DNA of 64,000 bases from Schizochytrium sp. TIO01 (GCA_004764695.1 SMSO01000037.1:1650747-1714746), one strand, 5' to 3'. Shown: positions 1-12,345, counted from the stretch's first letter. Made by a program: numbers and translations. The notes: a model not told the origin generated them from the sequence alone.

Positions 1-387
1 AATAGCTTTATTGAGATGGAATCCTGCATTTTAAAACAAAATAGCGCCAAGTCATATTTCATTTCTCATTAGATGAGAGATATAGCCTGAAAGGAATTAA
101 TAATCTTAATCTTATCTAATTTTCTTGATTTGATCATTGTATTTCCATTTAGAAGAGTAAGCTGTACGGCAGTGAGTAAGTTCTGGAGAGTTACAATAGC
201 AAAGGTGACTTTAATTATTTAAAAGTGGCCTAGTCGATGTTTTCTGTCAGTTCTTGATGCTGCAATGGCGCTGCCATGCTTTCTTGTTTTTATTTTTTTT
301 CCTCTTCGGACTGAACTCGATTAGCTAGCTAACAGCTTTTTGAAAAACCTACTGAGAGACGCCTGGCTGTTCATCTGGTTGTCGGTT

Positions 388-2298
388 CTACTTAATAAGT
401 TCCTTGAGCCATTCACCACGGATTCCATTTTCAACAAGATCATCAAGCTCAGCGCGGACCTTCTCAGGATCACTACCGCCCATTTCACAGTAGTACTTGA
501 GCTTAGGCTCGGTACCACTCATGCGCAGAGTAACTACACAACCGTTCTCAAAAGTGAATGTGAGCATACTACTGCTTGAGGAAACAGGTAATGTTGGTTT
601 GTTGTCTGGCTGGGAATTATCAAAACCAGGGCTGAGAAGGTCCCGCACGTACTTCACTTTGTACTTGCCACACGTTTCTACATATTTACCGTTGCCGCCA
701 AGCGCGGCAAAAACGCGTTTGTTGGCCTCTACATCGCGGCTCAAGACATAGCCATTGTTGGTGATAAAGTATCCGTACTTCTTAGAGAGGTCGTCGTAGT
801 AGTCTGCACATGTTTTGCCTTCCTTCTTCAGCTGGTTGGCCATTTCTGCAAACACTGCCATGCCCGAAATGCCGTCCTTATCTGGAACGATGTCTCCAAG
901 GCAAAATCCAATGGCCTCCTCAAAACCAAAGATAACGTCGAATCCTTCGTCACGAAGCTCAATAGTGTGGTTTCCAATCCACTTGAAGCCCGTGAGGCAC
1001 TCATCGAAGCGGAACCCTTCCTTCTCACCCACTGCGCGAAGCATCTTGGAGGACACGGTGGAAGCAATCATTGCGACACCTTTGTCGTGTTTGACACGTT
1101 TCTTGGGCACGTCCTTTTCTTCCCCATCTTCATTAGTATCATCGCTCCCACTAGCTACCACATTCTGCTTATTTTTTTGCCAGTTAGTCCATTGCCACAC
1201 ACCAAGAAGGGTACCGATTTCGTTACCTGTGAAGACGCGCCAACCAGAGCCGTCCGTTTTCTTTTCTGCAACAGCGAGTCGATCTGCATCTGGGTCATTT
1301 GCAAGAATTAGAGTGCAGTCTTCGCTGTCAGCTGCTTCGATAGCCGGGTCTAGAGCGCCCTTCTCCTCCGGGTTCGGGAATGGGGTTGTTGGGAAGTCTG
1401 GGTCTGGCTCAACCTGAGCTGCCACAGGGACAAATGGGGGTAGTCCAAATGCCTCAAAGCTCTTGCGGGCCCACCTGTGGCCAACGCCGTGCATTGCTGA
1501 GTACGCAATCTTGAGCTCCGATGCAGCATTGTCTTCCTTAAACCTGCACAGCTTCCTCGCTACCTCCTCAAAGTACGCATCTGCCACCTCATCCAGCACG
1601 TCCTCTACAGCGCCCAAACTTTGGTCACCATTCGTTTTGTCGGCATCTTGGTCTTTGGCGGCCTCGAGCAGGTCCTCGAGCTTGGCTTTGCCAATTTGCT
1701 CGTCCCATGGTTCAAGATTGTCTTCGATAGACTTGGCAATACCTACATCATGGGGTGCGAGCAATTGTACGGCGTTTTCCCAGTAGATCTTAATGCCTCC
1801 ATCGGGCCTCGGGTTGTGGCTGCAGGTGACCATGATGCCAGCTGCAGCAGTGAAGCGCTGCACTGCGAAGGGAACCATAGGCGTGGCGACGATTTCACGC
1901 AGCAGAATCACCTTGACACCACGAAGTCTACACGCAGCGGCCATAATAGCTGCGAACCCGCGTGAGGTCAGTGTGCCGCGCTCGCGGTGGTCAAAGCCGA
2001 TGACCACACCACGCTTCTTGAGCACATCGCTGCCCAGATGTGACTCCAAATACTTCACCAGACCTTGTGCAGTCTGAAGAGCGGTCAGGTCGTTCACGCG
2101 TGCACAGCCAGGGCCCATCTCACCACGCAGACCTGCAGTACCAAAGGAGATTCGTGTCCCGAAGGCCTCGGTGAGTCCGGCAACATCATCTTCGGCGATG
2201 AGTCTCTCAACGCCACTTCGGGTCTCTTCGTTAGGATCCCAAGACACCCACTGTACAGCAGCGGATCGCAGAGACTCGAGGTCCATGGGGGCGGGCAT
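388..2298 (-). CDS. PGM2: Phosphoglucomutase-2/phosphopentomutase family (alpha-D-phosphohexomutase)
   Basis: 636-aa ORF with FGTAGLRG, phosphoserine loop TCSHNP, metal loop DPDADR, TGFKW, FEEAIG, DKDG and RMSGTEPK motifs. Confidence 0.93.
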   Translation of the reverse strand: MPAPMDLESLRSAAVQWVSWDPNEETRSGVERLIAEDDVAGLTEAFGTRISFGTAGLRGEMGPGCARVNDLTALQTAQGLVKYLESHLGSDVLKKRGVVIGFDHRERGTLTSRGFAAIMAAACRLRGVKVILLREIVATPMVPFAVQRFTAAAGIMVTCSHNPRPDGGIKIYWENAVQLLAPHDVGIAKSIEDNLEPWDEQIGKAKLEDLLEAAKDQDADKTNGDQSLGAVEDVLDEVADAYFEEVARKLCRFKEDNAASELKIAYSAMHGVGHRWARKSFEAFGLPPFVPVAAQVEPDPDFPTTPFPNPEEKGALDPAIEAADSEDCTLILANDPDADRLAVAEKKTDGSGWRVFTGNEIGTLLGVWQWTNWQKNKQNVVASGSDDTNEDGEEKDVPKKRVKHDKGVAMIASTVSSKMLRAVGEKEGFRFDECLTGFKWIGNHTIELRDEGFDVIFGFEEAIGFCLGDIVPDKDGISGMAVFAEMANQLKKEGKTCADYYDDLSKKYGYFITNNGYVLSRDVEANKRVFAALGGNGKYVETCGKYKVKYVRDLLSPGFDNSQPDNKPTLPVSSSSSMLTFTFENGCVVTLRMSGTEPKLKYYCEMGGSDPEKVRAELDDLVENGIRGEWLKELIK

Positions 2299-4814
2299 AG
2301 CTATTAGACCACGAGGCGAAGATGGTGGGCCCTTCCGAAACTAATCTCTATTCCAATTTGATGGCCCGCAAAACTGCGTCTTGATCTTCTAAGCCTGTAT
2401 GCTACTACGAAACGGAATATAGACACTCAAGCGGCCCTAGACTCGAGCAAAGACACAAAGAGGTGTCTGCGTAGCTGGTGTTGAACCTAGAGGAATGAGT
2501 GCAATCGGTGTTTGCCTGATTTGACGCTTCTTCTGCTCTGAAGGTGATTGTAAGGACAGAAGATATTATTTCATCTTGGCTTTTTCTAAATTAAAAAAAA
2601 GAGATTCATTACAAAAAAAATAAAAAAATAAAGATAATAATAATGGTAATATGAGACTCGTGAGACTCAATCTTTCTATTATCGTCATTGATCACAAAAG
2701 ATCCACTTATTGCTAGCAGTTCATTATAGGTATCATATATACATTATATATTTATAAAGTTCTTAAGCAGTAAAGAAACAGGTATATGGATTCTGTCTTA
2801 ATATCATTGGTTAACCTACTTGGCAGACTTGATTTTCATTAGGTTCATAATACGGCCATACTTGGGGCACTTCTGACTTTTGATAGTTGGTGCCAATGGG
2901 ATTGCTCTCACGCATTTTCTTATGTTTCGAGAGAAGTTGCTCAAACCTTCTTGAAATACTCTTTCCTTCCCATTTTAATAAAATACAATAAGACTATTAT
3001 CATATGATGTTTGTTGTTAAAAAAAAAAAGGAAGCAAGAAAGAAAAAAAGAGGGGAAAACAAAATCAATATGTAATAGAAAACGAGCTTCCAAGTAAGAA
3101 CTTCTTCAAAACGGAATGGAGGCTCCGTTGAACGTGGCGAGATGGGCGAATAAACGCTCTGCATCAAGGCTTTGGAGATAGGTTTTCGACAGACCTTGCT
3201 CTTACCATCACCAACTATATAGGTAGTATGTTACATTGAGATATGCGCGGTTGACCGTCGTGCGAACCTAAATGCTCTGGTAGTTCTTGGTTCTTGGTTC
3301 TGCTGATTCTGGTCCTAGTTCTTGATTAGGGCGGAAGATTGGGTGGACTGAGTATGCGCGCCAATGAGACGGGCTTCAAGCTGTGCAAGAGTGGCACTTG
3401 CAAAAGAAGACATGATTCAGGAGACTGTGCTACGGACAACAATAAAGCTTGCAGAAAACTGAAGTAGTTATTCCCTGACAAACGATCGATAAGAAGTATA
3501 GGGTAGAAGGAGGCTAAGGGGGGATCTGAAGCTCCGGACCAAGTCACAATCTTGTAGAATGACGCATATAATGCTAGCTAATATGATTATTGGTAAACGG
3601 CATTGTCAGCGCAGCTTAAAGTGCCTGGGCGAGAAGGGCTCTCAAGTGAGGTCGAGCTGGACGGCCAGACACAGCGAAGGATTCTCTCGAGGATGCAATT
3701 TGCCATGTTTCAGAGGGAAAAAACAAAAAACCAATCATAAATACATGAATAACTGGCCCATCCTAATAACATAGTCTAGTGGCTGCTTTGAGCAATGTGT
3801 AGATCTAAATTAATCTGGGTTAGCTCTAACGAACACCAAAATATGGAGCCGTATGATAGTAAATCATACATAAAGTTTGATGATGGTGTGGGCAACACAC
3901 ATAGCTAATCCGAATCTATCAAGTCTTCTAGTTGTGTGCATCTTCACGCAAACATAACCAGTATCATATTTATTATAAGTCCCTCAGTTGCTATCATAAG
4001 TCAAATTGGTCTAACAAGACCTGACGAAAGGTTTGCCTGGCTCATCGCAAGTCTATTCTTCCGGAAACTACTTCATGAATGGTATGTCCTGGCTAGAGCT
4101 GATTCTTCACGTTGGAATCTACTCGATGCAAGTGAATAATTGGCTTGGTAATAGATCCTACCTTCGAATTCTAAAATGTCAAACAAAGGACATACTCATG
4201 CTTACCAGATGAAACTTGTCCGAATAATGTATGCTGCATGATTTTGCTAATATGCATTAATACATATTTGAGAAGCTCTGCAAGAAATGTTTCTCTTAGC
4301 CAAACAAAAGTCAAGCAAATTCAACCTTTCAACGAAACACTCATACAAATTAGAGAGCCTAGCTAAATGCTTGTTATGTGTATCTCAGAACATCTTCCAC
4401 CAGCACTACAGTGCGTAAAAACTTTGTTGATGGAGCTAAAGTTTCCAAGGGTACTATCTATGTGCCAAATTTCGCAACGAAGAGACCTATGAACCGGTGG
4501 CTCCCAAACTTCTCTTCCGGTTCTCGCTTCCTCCTTAGCCCATTAGCTATGATACCCTTACTTACTCATTAGTACTCCGTGCTACATCGTAAAGACAGAG
4601 GAAGGAGCGAAAGAAGGCCAATCAAATAGAGTAGTCATGCTGGTGAACGAATTGGCTGCCTTTGGTGTTCGCACTCTCCACTCCTGTTTCCGAACGCCCT
4701 TCTTCCATGCAATAGTCATGAGAGCGGCTCAACGAACACTCCTTTCTGGTAATACCTAGCTAGAGCCTTTTCATCCAGTACGCTACCTACCGTGACGTAT
4801 TGATCGAGTGAAGC

Positions 4815-4905
4815 TATTCTGCAAAGAAGCCCTTATTCTGCAAAGAATCCCTTATTCTGCGAAGAAGCCCTTATTCTGCGAAGAAGCCCTTATTCTGCGA
4901 AGAAG
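4815..4905. repeat. 19-bp tandem minisatellite, about 4.8 copies (TATTCTGCRAAGAAKCCCT)
   Basis: Units start at 4815, 4834, 4853, 4872 and 4891. Confidence 0.9.
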
Positions 4906-5519
4906 ATCAATCAATCCATCGATTAAACGACGTGTTTGTATCGAAGGGATTAGTAGTACTCTCCAAGATTACCTAATACTGGTTATGGGTGCGCTAGTCA
5001 TCAAGATGGCGCAGAGAACCATTGGTGACTAGTAGAAGAGCGAGCATCCAATCTCTTCCACAGTAGGGCAAAGAAGCAATACTGTAGAGTTCTCGAAGAC
5101 CTACTATAGAGAGTTCTCGTATACTGTAGTTTGGCATCTATGGTCTACTATTGAGCAAATAAAAATAAATGGAGGGAAAGAGCAGAAGTGTTGGTTCTGG
5201 CGTCTGCAATGAGTTCTGGCTCCTCCTGTCTACTACGCCGATTTGCGGTCGAGACAAATTGAGAGCTTTCGGCATTTGCATTGTCCAGCACTCTCGTCAT
5301 CCCACTCGCATCCTGCTTGCAATTGCATCATGATCCTATCGATGCCATCGCCATTGTTGTTTATGATGACCATCAACTATTAGAAGGCCCTATTACTAGA
5401 CTTAACAAAGGGGCAAATTGAGTGATTCTCGAGACAGAAGAGCCAAACAAAGTCCAAGGACCTAGCTCTTCGCTGCTGCGTCGAGCACTGAGCACTCAGT
5501 CGCGGGCCTTTCTCAAGCG

Positions 5520-7487
5520 ATGGGAAAAGGCAAGAGCCACGGCGCTCGCCGTGGAGGCGGCACTCTGGGCGCCGCTCTTCTGAACGGTCAGAAGAAGAAC
5601 AAGCAGGCGCGTCGCGCTGCACGTCTCACCAGCGAGCACGAGGAGGAGACCATTGCTGCTTTGGGCTTCGGGAGTGTGGCGAAGTCCACCAAGTCTGTGA
5701 CGGAGACCAACCAGCTTGAGGCTTTCCTTGCTGATGCCCTCCTCTCTGGCCGTAACTTCGAGGCTCAGCGTGCCTCCCGTATCATCTCCCTTGCGGACGA
5801 TACCGAGATCGAAATCGGAGGTCAAGGTAATAATGACGATCTGGACAACCCCGTAGCGAACTTTTCGCGCCGTGTGGGTAGCGAATCGATGGGTTCGTTT
5901 GACTTTCGCAGTCTTCCCATTCCTCGCCGTCCTGCATGGACCCGCGATATGTCTGCCGCTGAGCTCGCGAGCAAGGAGCGTGAAGCTTTCCTTACGTGGC
6001 GTCGCCAGATCGCCGCCATGGAGGCCTCCAATGACAAGCTGCATGTGACTCCGTTTGAGAAGAACCTTGACTATTGGCGTCAACTCTGGCGTGTTGTGGA
6101 GCGTAGCGACCTCGTCGTGCAGGTCGTAGATGCTCGCAACCCGCTCCTCTTCCGTTGTGAGGATGTGGAGAACTTCACGCGTGAGCTCAGCCCCCACAAA
6201 CGGACCCTGCTGCTCGTTAACAAGGCTGACTATCTCCCTGATGACGTGCGCAACGCCTGGTGCACATACTTTAACGAGCGTCAGATTCCCTTCGTCTTTT
6301 TCTCTGCCAAGCGCGAGCAGAACAAGCTCGACGCTGGCGAAAAGAACGAGCCTGAGGACATTGACGTTCAGGCGAAGGCTAACACCAATAGACTCTTGCT
6401 CAGAGAGGAGCTCCTCAGTGTGCTTGAAGCGCTCACAGCGGAGGCCAAACCTAGTCGTGAGAACGGGGCGAATGCAGATGGCCAGGACGAAGCTGAGGAG
6501 GAGAAGGCCACACTGGGCATGATTGGATACCCTAATGTGGGTAAGAGTTCTGTGATCAATGTGATCGTAGGTGTGACGGCTACAGACCACTCTTCGACAA
6601 GAGTTTCTGTAGCAGCGACGCCCGGACATACAAAACACTTTCAAACACTTCATCTGTCAAAGAAGACAGTGCTGTGCGATTGCCCAGGACTTGTGTTCCC
6701 GACATTCATGAAAACAAAGGCGGACCTCCTATGCAACGGCATTCTGCCGATTGATGAGATCAGAGGAAGAGACTTCGTGCCAGCTATTGAGGTGCTTACA
6801 GACTGCTTGGACCGCAAGGTGTTTGAGGAGACCTACGCCATGCAGCTTCCGCTCGCACCGACTATTCGCAGGGTGAGTGCCGAGATGCTCATTGAAGAGT
6901 TCTGTAAAAAGCGCGGATACATGGGCAGTGGACATGACCGCTTTAACGAGTCTCACGGTGCACGTATTCTTTTGAAGGACTTTGTGCGTGGAAAACTTTG
7001 CTACTGCTGTCCGCCACCTGATGCCAACGAGGAGAACAAGGCCACAGTGCTCCTTTCCGCACCGGGCGTCGAGAAACCTGTTGCTGGTGCTGATCATCTG
7101 ATGGGACATGACACGATTGCTGAGGAGGAGTCTGATGATGATGAAGGTGATGACGATGACGATGACATGGAGATTCGTCCGCTTGTCTCTGGTGGCGTGA
7201 ACGTCTTGGATGAAGACCTGGAGGCCCAGCTGAGGATGCTCGAATTGGATGCCGATGCTTCGGATCAGCTCATTTATGACGAGACCACCAAGGTTGACAT
7301 TCACGCAAAAGCCAGCCGCACCAAGCGCCGCCATGGCCGCAAACACCGTAAAGCCCGCGACCCCGACCCATACTCAGCCAATAACTTCTTTTTGGCAAAA
7401 CAAACCGGCAAGAAGCACCAGGGCAAGGAGTTCACTCGCCTTGAGTTCAAGGGGCAGGCCGCACCTCCCCCCGCCGCTCCTCAGTAA
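5520..7487 (+). CDS. LSG1: Large subunit GTPase 1 (circularly permuted GTPase, 60S biogenesis)
   Basis: IPRRPAW, TPFEKNLDYWRQLWRVVERSD, DARNP, G4 NKAD ahead of G1 GYPNVGKSS, G2 TPGHTKHFQT, G3 DCPG. Confidence 0.96.
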   Translation: MGKGKSHGARRGGGTLGAALLNGQKKNKQARRAARLTSEHEEETIAALGFGSVAKSTKSVTETNQLEAFLADALLSGRNFEAQRASRIISLADDTEIEIGGQGNNDDLDNPVANFSRRVGSESMGSFDFRSLPIPRRPAWTRDMSAAELASKEREAFLTWRRQIAAMEASNDKLHVTPFEKNLDYWRQLWRVVERSDLVVQVVDARNPLLFRCEDVENFTRELSPHKRTLLLVNKADYLPDDVRNAWCTYFNERQIPFVFFSAKREQNKLDAGEKNEPEDIDVQAKANTNRLLLREELLSVLEALTAEAKPSRENGANADGQDEAEEEKATLGMIGYPNVGKSSVINVIVGVTATDHSSTRVSVAATPGHTKHFQTLHLSKKTVLCDCPGLVFPTFMKTKADLLCNGILPIDEIRGRDFVPAIEVLTDCLDRKVFEETYAMQLPLAPTIRRVSAEMLIEEFCKKRGYMGSGHDRFNESHGARILLKDFVRGKLCYCCPPPDANEENKATVLLSAPGVEKPVAGADHLMGHDTIAEEESDDDEGDDDDDDMEIRPLVSGGVNVLDEDLEAQLRMLELDADASDQLIYDETTKVDIHAKASRTKRRHGRKHRKARDPDPYSANNFFLAKQTGKKHQGKEFTRLEFKGQAAPPPAAPQ

Positions 7488-8569
7488 CTAGCTAAATTAC
7501 TATAAAACTCACGTACCCGCCATCCCTGATCTTACATTCGTTTACCCATCTTGCTGACTACATACGATAATTATGTTTTCATCCCATTTTTGATATCCTT
7601 CTTCTTTATTCCATCCAATATTTGTTCTGACGAATCTCAAGATTGAATATCAATAGGTTTCACATTGGTCATGTAATTCCACCCTATATGTCGTGCTTCC
7701 AAACACATGCAACATGTTTGACTTTGATAAACTCGACACATAGCATGGATTGATTTCAAAAGAACTATTTTGTTTCGCTGTCCCTCCTAAGGAAATTTCA
7801 TGCAAAGACCGGTTGTGGTACTGTTATTCATGCACATGTGTCAGATATGATTTTATACATGAAGAAAGATAAACTACCATGAGATATTTACACACATGCG
7901 TGGAAGTCCATAGAAGACAGGAATCTCGCGTATATGAGTAAATGCCTCCTCGTGTAGCTAGTGTAAACTTGGGCATTCGTATGAAGGCCGTCAATGACAA
8001 CATCTGAGAATTAGTCGTCGGTACTTATCTATTTGTTTATTTATATATTCGTTAGGCTGGCGCTCATCCCTGATCCCCCACGGTCCTCACCACTCTTCAT
8101 CGAGTACTTTCGTTAACGCTCCAGCTTTGCAAACGTTGGAACGGACATAGTTCGCAACGGTGGAGGCTATTTAAAAATGTTGCAGAAAGTCTTCTCCTCT
8201 TTTATCTTTATTCTTATTTTTTTTTTAAAATTAAAAAAAATAGTTTTCAATTAAAGAGTTTATTTTATATTTTTATTTTTAAAGAAGAAGGAAAGTTTCA
8301 GCATTTCCCCCTAAAAATCAATGATATTTTAATGTAATCAAAAAACAAAGCAAAACATCAACACGTGTTCCATGACTTGTCGATGCGATCTGAGATCCCG
8401 CAGCGAGCTCAGTCTCTCTCCATGTTGTTTCGCCCAGCCCGAGTGTGTTTCCACTTCCCCTTCATGTTAACTCCTGGCAGTTTCCTCGTCTCTTCATCCA
8501 ACACTTTCGTTTCACCAGTCAGTACTCTGTAACGGATTCCCGTGCAGCTCGAGTCGAAATCGATATCGA

Positions 8570-9343
8570 AATCAATAAGAGTTGCAAGCTCACATAAACG
8601 GCATTTCCTCCAGGTCTCCTCCTTTTGCTCTCACTTCAAAGGCCTTCACAGTTGAGTTGAGCAAACTCGCACCACTTGTGGGCCCTCTCGAGCAAGTCTG
8701 TCGGCGGACTGCATTCCGAAACGATGCAGCGCTCCGCTTCTTTCAGGGCCTGGATCCGTTTGCTCTCGGCTCAGGATGTCCACAGCAGCCTCGGGCTCAA
8801 GCAAGTCCTGTCCTCCAGGGCTTTCTTGATCTCGGAACGACTTCGTTATCCGCAGCGCGGGAACTGTTCACAGCACAGGTTGGTTTTGGCGCGTACCTCT
8901 GCCACAATGGCGGCTGCGAGCTGATCGATTGCATGGGTTGTACATATAGCGCATGGAGGAGATCGATCTAGAGCAGGGCAAAGCTCCAGGAGCATCAAAG
9001 CTCAAGAGCGTGGCGATTCTCTAGAGAGCGATGGTCAACCAGGACATCGAGTGGGAGCTTCTTCAAGGGGCGTTGGTCATCATCGCCGTCAGCAGAGCGG
9101 ATCCTTCCTTGTTGACGCTGGTTGGCCTTGGCGTGGCAGATGCTGCATTTGCAGGTGACTGATTCCTTAGCCCATATGGCGCGGAACAGCAAGCCCAGGT
9201 GTCCTCAATGAACTTGGGATTGAGACACTGAGCTGAGTGGTGCGGATGTCCAGGTTCTGGCAAAGTCAACCAAGGTGGACCGTAGCTGCCTGCGCCCGTA
9301 CTTGTGCTCAAGCTGAGGCAGATGTAGCACGCCACATGCGCAT
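8570..9343 (-). pseudogene. Possible decayed coding sequence of unknown identity
   Basis: GC-rich island between AT-rich flanks; protein-like peptides in shifting minus-strand frames separated by stops; no family recognised. Confidence 0.25.
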
Positions 9344-9654
9344 GGAGTGTATGATGCGTTTATCTATGTGCTGTTTGGGCTGGGCTTCGCGAGAGGCAGA
9401 GCAGCCATCACCTCGAAGGCACGAGTCTCAGTGTCTTGGCACTCACTCCGCCATCTTCCCAGGTGAATATAGCTGCCTAGCTTGCCTGCCTGCCCGCCTG
9501 CCTGCCTGCGTGCGAAGAGGCTGCTGTTGCGCTGCCGAGGCGCTGGTTTGCTGCCTCAGCACGATGGTTTCAAGAAGCCTTGGCTTTGCATTGATTGCAT
9601 ATGCGAGTTCTTGAAGTTGCAGGTTCTTTCGTTTTCAGGAACAACTTTTAACCC

Positions 9655-9655
<1 letters not shown>

Positions 9656-9687
<32 letters not shown>

Positions 9688-9720
9688 AACAAACAAACAA
9701 ACAAACAAAGAAACAAAAGA
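9656..9720. repeat. Compound (AAAG)n/(AAAC)n microsatellite
   Basis: Read directly. Confidence 0.9.
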
Positions 9721-10497
9721 GAACCACAGCGTGAAAAGGACAAAAAGCAAAGCCTAGCTCAAGAATGCCTACCACCTTGGCCCCCAACTTATGCTAGGTA
9801 GCGCCTCCAGATCGGTCCTATTCTGTCCCATGCGTCTCACACATGCCCTCCAGGAATAAGCTCCAGACGTCCTGGGAGCTCAGTCCTCAAGAAGGAAACA
9901 ACGAGTCCAAGGTTTTCTTCGTTTGCTCCGCTGAGAAATCGCCGCACACCCTTTCTCCTCTATTTGCACTTCCTCACTATTTTACTAACTTACTATCTTA
10001 CTTACTTACTATTTTACTATTTTACTATTTTACTTACTTACTTACTAACCTACTAATACATAGCTTCACGTATCATTCGATTTGATAGGAGTTTTCTGTT
10101 TTATTTTAACCAAAGTAAAAGTGTACCTGTTCTTCAGAGGACGAGTGAAGAACAGCATGAAGAACAGCAAACAGTTTGGAAAACAGGCGCAAGGAAACCT
10201 TGAGGTCGCCTCCGTTTCGTTGTTGCGGAGGCTCCTTCGAGGCTATGCGCCGCGCAGGCAATCGGCCCGCCGCACCTTCGTCGAGGCTGGGCACCCGTTC
10301 CTGACAGGCAACCTCAGTCGATCACTCCCCGTCTTTTCCTATCTATATCATCAGGGAGGAAAACATAGCATACATATATATATATAATAATATGCGCATG
10401 TACATGTACAAATTATGTTTTTCAAATTAAAAATATCCACAAAAATGTAAAAAGCTGCTTTAAACAAAGGAATCAGAATCAGAATGAGAATCAGAAA

Positions 10498-10765
10498 CAA
10501 AGCAAATCAAATCAAATCAAAGCAAATCAAATCAAAGCAAATCAAATCAAAGCAAATCAAATCAAAGCAAATCAAATCAAAGCAAATCAAATCAAATCAA
10601 AGCAAAGCAAAGCAAAGCAAAGCAAAGCAAAGCAAAGCAAAGCAAAGCAAAGCAAAGCAGAGCAAAGCAGAGCAAAGCAAAGCAAAGCAAATCAAAGCAA
10701 ATCAAAGCAAAGCAAAGCAAAGCAGAGCAGAGCAGAGCAAAGCAAAGCAAAGCAAATCAAAGCAA
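10498..10765. repeat. Compound pentanucleotide array AAATC/AAAGC/AGAGC
   Basis: Read directly; begins as a 15-bp AAATC-AAATC-AAAGC higher-order unit. Confidence 0.95.
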
Positions 10766-11020
10766 TGGCAAAGTTGTTCTCGTTTGGAGGAACTAAGTTC
10801 TCGAGAAGCGATCGATTCTAATAAACCAGGGCAGCTTCGCGCGAAAGTCGCAGAGGCCGAACCGACCCCTCTCGAAGGCAGTGAGTGAGTGCAGAGGGCG
10901 CCGCGAAGATATGCTTTGGACTCTCTGTGGTCGCGCTTTGGATCCGCGACGGAGAGAGAGTTCATTCTCCATCCTCTCTTTAAAGTAAAAGTTCTTTTCT
11001 TTTTTTATTTTCTTTCCCTG

Positions 11021-11453
11021 AAAAAAAAAAAAAAAAAAAAAAAAAAACATATATTAAATTGTTCGTTCGTTTGTTTGTTTGTTTGTTTGTTTGTTTGTTT
11101 GTTTGTTTGTTTGTTTGTTTGTTTGTTTGTTTGTTTGTTTGTTTGTTTGTTTGTTTGTTTGTTTGTTTGTTTGTTTGTTTGTTTGTTTGTTTGTTTGTTT
11201 GTTTGTTTGTTTGTTTGTTTGTTTGTTTGTTTGTTTGTTTGTTTGTTTGTTTGTTTGTTTGTTTGTTTGTTTGTTTGTTTGTTTGTTTGTTTGTTTGTTT
11301 GTTTGTTTGTTTGTTTGTTTGTTTGTTTGTTTGTTTGTTTGTTTGTTTGTTTGTTTGTTTGTTTGTTTGTTTGTTTGTTTGTTTGTTTGTTTGTTTGTTT
11401 GTTTGTTTGTTTGTTTGTTTGTTCCTTTGTTTGTTCCTTTGTTTGTTTGTTCC
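11021..11453. repeat. A27 run followed by a (GTTT)n microsatellite of about 88 perfect copies
   Basis: Poly-A at 11021-11047; uninterrupted GTTT at about 11069-11420. Confidence 0.97.
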
Positions 11454-12257
11454 TTTATTAAACAAAACCAACTCGAACTTACAAATAAATATGTAGGTAA
11501 GTTAATAATAGTGAAGGTAAAGAAAAAGAAGAAAAAGAAGAAAAGAAGAAGAACAGGAAAAAGAAAAAAGAAGAAAAAGGAGCGATTACTTTCCACCACG
11601 AAATTGAAGAACCAGGATCTTCGAGACCTCGGAACGACTCAAGGCATCGCGGCGCTGTGACTCTGCAGTGCCCGTGCTCGACATTTGGAATGATTCCGCG
11701 ACCTCCCTTCCGCTCAGATCCCTCTGCCTTCACACGCGGTGCTCCGCCTGCGCCCGCAAGATAAGCTTCGGTGCCCAAGGAAACAATTCGTGCATTGCAA
11801 TAGACAGATTGACAGATTGACAGACAGAACACTCGTGCGATTGAGAAAGCGCAGCGCCTGCCTTAGGCGGGAGAGACGCAGAGTAGGGAGCCGCTCTGCT
11901 CGCGGCCCTCAGGGCTCCGCGGCAGCTGCTGCGCCGGTCGCCTTCGCTTCTTTGCGCCTTTTGATTGCTCGAAGTTGTTCATGTGCCATTCTGCTGCGAT
12001 ATTTGCGATATTTGCGATACTTGGGCTTGCAAACTCTGTTTGTTGAGCACAGTTATCGATCCTGAAATGAATTGGAGGCGAAGGAGCGCGCCAAGGCGTC
12101 GGGTTCTGGAGTGCCTGGGGCGCTCACCGCGCAAGAGAAGAGAGAAACTGCGCGAGAGCAAACTGAGAAGAGCTTGAAGTGCCGCATTTCTTTCATCTCT
12201 CAAACACATTCATTCATTCTTTCAGTGCTTTCTTCCTCTTTCTAACAGTCACATTCT

Positions 12258-12345
12258 ATCATATCATAGCATATCATATCATAGCATATCATAGCATAGC
12301 ATAGCATAGCATAGCATAGCATAGCATAGAATAGCATAGAATAGG
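12258..12345. repeat. (ATAGC)n/(ATATC)n pentanucleotide microsatellite
   Basis: Read directly. Confidence 0.9.

Noticed and set aside
5496-6653. 385-aa ORF antisense to LSG1 (likewise 32029-32814 and 815-1417)
   Set aside because: Shadow ORFs explained by codon bias of the conserved gene on the opposite strand
8150-8160. 11-mer CCGTTGCGAAC shared in inverted orientation with 27608-27618
   Set aside because: Similarity does not extend collinearly, and chance 11-mer matches are expected in 64 kb; not accepted as terminal inverted repeats
10484-11660. Long FVCL/KQTN/SKQ repeat ORFs (also at 41.3-41.8 kb and 42.6-43.5 kb)
   Set aside because: Translations of stop-free microsatellites
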